A stretch of DNA of 29,859 bases from Gemmatimonadota bacterium (GTDB taxonomy: Bacteria > Gemmatimonadota > Gemmatimonadetes > Gemmatimonadales > GWC2-71-9), in assembly GCA_039584455.1 (NCBI GenBank), contig JBDGXT010000001.1:1-29859 (forward strand). Direction: 5' to 3'. A program made the translations under genes and the position numbers. Position 1 is the first letter of the stretch. Each line of letters begins with the position of its first letter. Positions 27,028-29,859 of this stretch are shown here, in pieces. The notes under the pieces are model-generated. The model did no database searches and was not told the origin of the DNA. It saw only the letters and a list, made by a program, of their open reading frames with translations.

Positions 27028-27056
27028 TTGCGCTTCGGGGTGTGTTCGGGTATATT
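27028..27056 (+). promoter_or_regulatory. Candidate lexA promoter
   Basis: TTGCGC (27028-27033), 17 nt, TATATT (27051-27056). SD AGGAG at 27088-27092 before ATG 27099. Confidence 0.6.
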
Positions 27057-27075
27057 CGCTTCGGCCTTTTTTCGG
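27033..27075. promoter_or_regulatory. Candidate LexA operator made of direct-repeat NTTCG half-sites
   Basis: TTCG starts at 27034, 27045, 27055, 27060 and 27071. This includes CTTC-N7-GTTC in the promoter spacer and CTTC-N7-TTTC over the likely start site. Confidence 0.45.
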
Positions 27076-27098
27076 TCGGACACGGCCAGGAGCGCGCT

Positions 27099-27707
27099 AT
27101 GCCACTCACCCGGCGGCAGAAGGAGATTCTCGACTACCTGCAAAACTACATCCACAAGCAGGGGTATGCCCCGTCGTTCGAGGAGATTGCCGAGCACTTC
27201 GCGTTCCGCTCCCTGGCCACGGTGCACGAGCATCTCACCAACCTCGAGCGGAAGGGCTACATCCAGCGCGGCCACAACGAGAGCCGGGCGATCGAGATGG
27301 TGCCCGTCCCGGGCCAGAGCGGCGCCACCGAGTTGCCGCTGCTGGGCCAAGTCGCAGCGGGCGAGCCGATCGAGGCCGTGGTCACCCCCGAGAGCATCGC
27401 CGTGCCCAACGATCTGATCCCCCGGCGCGGCAACAGCTACGTGCTGCGGGTGCGCGGCGAGTCGATGATCGACGAGCACATCGAGAGTGGTGACTTCGTG
27501 GTCGTGCACGGGCGCGATACGGCCGACAATGGCGAAATGGTCGTCGCGCTCGTGGACGGTACGTCCGCCACCGTGAAGCGACTCTACCGCGAGCCGGGCG
27601 GCTGGATTCGCCTCCAGCCGGCCAACGAGGCCATCCGCCCCATCCGAGTGCACGAGGACAACGTCCTGATTCAGGGCGTCGTCGTAGGCGTCATTCGGAA
27701 GTACTGA
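27099..27707 (+). CDS. lexA: SOS repressor LexA
   Basis: LTRRQKEIL, GYAPSFEEIA, helix SLATVHEHL, cleavage site VAAG-EP, catalytic GESM (Ser) and ATVKR (Lys). Confidence 0.96.
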   Translation: MPLTRRQKEILDYLQNYIHKQGYAPSFEEIAEHFAFRSLATVHEHLTNLERKGYIQRGHNESRAIEMVPVPGQSGATELPLLGQVAAGEPIEAVVTPESIAVPNDLIPRRGNSYVLRVRGESMIDEHIESGDFVVVHGRDTADNGEMVVALVDGTSATVKRLYREPGGWIRLQPANEAIRPIRVHEDNVLIQGVVVGVIRKY

Positions 27708-28740
27708 GTGGCGCCGCGGCCCTGAGCCGCTCCAACGCCGTCATGCCGGCTCCGGCATCGAGCGTCTCCAGCGCTCGGCCGATGCCCTCCCCCAGGCTGA
27801 CCGTCAGTCCGGCCACGTAGAGCGCGGCACCGGCGTTGAGTGCCACCGCCGCGCGACCCACTCCGTCTGCGGAAGGATCCCGCAGCAGCTGCTCCACCCG
27901 CGCCGCATTGTGTGGGGGTTCTCCGCCGGCGAGCGCTGCCAGGTCGGACTGCTCCAGACCGTGCTCGGCGGGGTTGATGCTGCCCCTCGTCACCGCACCC
28001 TCGCGCACCTCCCACACGGTCGTCAGGCCCGCGGGCGCGACCTCATCCATGCCGACGTCACCGTGCACGACCAGCGCGTGCTCCGCTCCCAGCCGGGCCA
28101 GGACCTCGGCGATCAATCGTCCCCGCTCGGGGTCCGCGACACCGACCAGCTGGCGCGTCACGCCCGCCGGGTTTGCCAGCGGTCCCACGATGTTCATGAT
28201 CGTGGCAATGGCGAGCTCGCGCCGCGCTGGCGCAACGTGGCGCATCGCCGGGTGGAACGCGGGGGCAAACAGGAACGCCATGCCTGCGGAGCGCAGCAGC
28301 CGCGCGGCCTCGTCACCGTCCGCGACGATCCGCACGCCCAGAGCCTCTAACACGTCGGCCGAGCCGCACTTGGAGGTATACGAGCGGTTACCGTGCTTCG
28401 CCACGGTGGCGCCGGCCCCAACTGCCACGAAGGCGGCGGCGGTCGAGATGTTGAAGGTGGGAACGCTCCCCCCCCCGGTCCCGCACGTATCCACCAAGTG
28501 CGCATTGCCCACCGCATCCACCCGCACCATCGCGCCGCGCAGTGCGCGCACCGCGCCCGTGATTTCGTCGGCGGTCTCCCCCTGCACGCGCAGGCCCATG
28601 AGCAGCGCCCCGACCTGTGCGGCCGTGGCGTCACCGTCCATCACCTGGTCGAACGCCTCGTGAGTGAGCGTCTCGCCGAGGCGCCCACCGCGCGACAGGG
28701 TTCTGAGCGCCCGTGTGATCGGGGTGGGGTCGTCGGGCAC
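27691..28740 (-). CDS. trpD: Anthranilate phosphoribosyltransferase (alternative start 28782)
   Basis: LVDTCGTGG, TFNISTAAA, VAKHGNRS.TSKCGSADVLEALG, FLFAP.FHPAM and NIVGPLANP. GTG 28740 has SD GGAG. Confidence 0.95.
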   Translation of the reverse strand: MPDDPTPITRALRTLSRGGRLGETLTHEAFDQVMDGDATAAQVGALLMGLRVQGETADEITGAVRALRGAMVRVDAVGNAHLVDTCGTGGGSVPTFNISTAAAFVAVGAGATVAKHGNRSYTSKCGSADVLEALGVRIVADGDEAARLLRSAGMAFLFAPAFHPAMRHVAPARRELAIATIMNIVGPLANPAGVTRQLVGVADPERGRLIAEVLARLGAEHALVVHGDVGMDEVAPAGLTTVWEVREGAVTRGSINPAEHGLEQSDLAALAGGEPPHNAARVEQLLRDPSADGVGRAAVALNAGAALYVAGLTVSLGEGIGRALETLDAGAGMTALERLRAAAPLSTSE

Positions 28741-28780
28741 GGCAACTCCGTCCAGCAGCTCGGGTTGGTGAAGCACGTAC

Positions 28781-28807
28781 ATTCTGCCATCCCGATGCGT
28801 TTGTCAA
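28781..28807 (-). promoter_or_regulatory. Possible trpD promoter
   Basis: TTGACA (28807-28802) and TGG-CAGAAT (-10 at 28786-28781). The spacer is only 15 nt, so this may be an extended -10 promoter or spurious. Confidence 0.3.
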
Positions 28808-28828
28808 CGCCGCAAGTGCTTGTGTCGC

Positions 28829-28857
28829 TTGCCGCTACGGGACCTCCCCGGTATCTT
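28829..28857 (+). promoter_or_regulatory. Candidate leaderless promoter for truA-tal
   Basis: TTGCCG (28829-28834), 17 nt, TATCTT (28852-28857), 7 nt, ATG 28865. No SD. Confidence 0.6.
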
Positions 28858-28864
28858 GCCGCGC

Positions 28865-29641
28865 ATGTCGGGCGGGCCTTACTACTCGGTGCTGCACTAC
28901 GATGGTGGCGGCTTCGCCGGATGGCAGCGCCAGGCCACCGACCGCACCGTGCAGGGGGAGTTCGAGGCGGTGCTCGAGCGGCTGGCGGGAGGGCACGTGG
29001 CCGCGCACGCGGCCGGCCGAACCGACGCCGGCGTGCACGCGCTGGGCCAGGTCGTGAGCTTTGACATGCCCCGCGTATGGGACCCGTGCGAGCTGCTGCG
29101 GGCGCTACGCGCGCTCACTCCCGACGATCTGTGGATCGCCCGCCTGGGCCCGGCGCCCCCTGGATTCCACGCCCGCAAGCACGCGCTCGCACGCCGCTAC
29201 CGATACGTCGTGGGCTGTGATGCCGCCTCCCACTCGCCGTTCCGGCGGCCTTACGAGTGGGCACTCGGGGTCCCGCTCGATGCCGACAGGCTCGCCGCCG
29301 CCGCCGCCGCATTCCGAGGCGAACACGACTTTCGAGCCTTCTCGGCGGTGGGCCAAGCCAAGCCGCATTACCGCTGCGGGCTGACGGTATCCGAGTGGAA
29401 CCCGCGCCCGCAGGAGGAAGGTTTTATCTTTACGGTCGAAGCGGACCGGTTCCTCCACCGTATGGTACGGTTCCTCGTGGGAACCATGGTGGATGTTGCG
29501 CGCGACCGCCGGCCGCTGGAGGATGTGGCTCGCCTGCTGCAGAGTTCGACGAACCACGAGGCGAGCCCCCCGGCGCCGCCGCAGGGGCTCTATCTCGTTG
29601 GCGCACGCTACCCCCAACTCGAAGAGGGATGTGACCGATGA
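28865..29641 (+). CDS. truA: tRNA pseudouridine(38-40) synthase
   Basis: YDGGGFAGWQRQ, AGRTDAGVHALGQV, FHAR, R.YRY, G.HDF.AF, FLHRMVR and APPQGLYL. Confidence 0.95.
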   Translation: MSGGPYYSVLHYDGGGFAGWQRQATDRTVQGEFEAVLERLAGGHVAAHAAGRTDAGVHALGQVVSFDMPRVWDPCELLRALRALTPDDLWIARLGPAPPGFHARKHALARRYRYVVGCDAASHSPFRRPYEWALGVPLDADRLAAAAAAFRGEHDFRAFSAVGQAKPHYRCGLTVSEWNPRPQEEGFIFTVEADRFLHRMVRFLVGTMVDVARDRRPLEDVARLLQSSTNHEASPPAPPQGLYLVGARYPQLEEGCDR

Positions 29642-29859
29642 AACTCTTCCTCGACACCGCCGACCTCAGCGACATTCGGTGGGCCTCACGGGCCGGTCTG
29701 ATCGACGGCGTCACGACCAACCCGACGCTGCTGTCGAAGCACGCCGGAGACGTCGATCCTCAGAACGTCCTGCAGGAGATCTGCTCGCTGGTGGACGGCC
29801 CCGTGAGTGCCGAGGTGGTCGCGGTAGATCCCGACGGGATGTACACCGAGGGGCGCGAG
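29638..29859 (+). CDS. tal: Transaldolase (small TalC/Fsa type), 5' partial at the right window edge
   Basis: Not in the ORF track. ATG 29638 overlaps the truA TGA and reads MKLFLDTAD...GLIDGVTTNPTLL...GPVSAEV. Glu in SAEV matches transaldolases (Gln in F6P aldolase). Confidence 0.88.
   Translation, partial: MKLFLDTADLSDIRWASRAGLIDGVTTNPTLLSKHAGDVDPQNVLQEICSLVDGPVSAEVVAVDPDGMYTEGRE

Noticed and set aside
1-29859. CRISPR arrays, tRNA/rRNA genes, IS elements, prophage or defence genes
   Set aside because: No spaced repeats, RNA-gene signatures, transposase or integrase motifs, or terminal inverted repeats were seen, and almost all sequence is accounted for by coupled core genes.

Overview
A gene-dense, high-GC (roughly 68% by eye) bacterial chromosomal segment of core-metabolism genes. 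Gene order and protein style suggest Gemmatimonadota, but that is inference and was not verified. Left arm (minus strand, mostly ATGA/GTGA-coupled): aspS-phoH-pgpH-like 7TM-HD-ybeY-two CNNM/CorB CBS proteins-DUF502-mgtE-meaB-acyl-CoA mutase large subunit-eRF1-like (baeRF) gene running off the left edge. A divergent PorV/UPF0164-like barrel plus rlmN follows. A second long minus-strand run is trpC-trpB-HEAT-HD-GYP-trpA-membrane/GAF/MCP receptor-folB-folK-panB-panC-yqeK-LytR_C. lexA sits inverted between trpD and trpC, and truA-tal closes the right edge. No rRNA, tRNA, CRISPR array, integrase or transposase was recognised. The strongest candidate for an undescribed system is the HEAT + HD-GYP pair, which shares a gaplessly alignable N-terminal domain, splits trpB from trpA and is followed by an atypical multi-TM/GAF chemoreceptor. 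Also notable: a candidate direct-repeat SOS operator and possible non-contiguous operon at lexA; isobutyryl-CoA-mutase (Phe/Gln) signature residues; a 9-unit heptamer array translated inside MeaB; three frameshifting lesions in the left operon (real or assembly artefact); a low-GC3 patch in trpB; and recurrent leaderless-type promoters.
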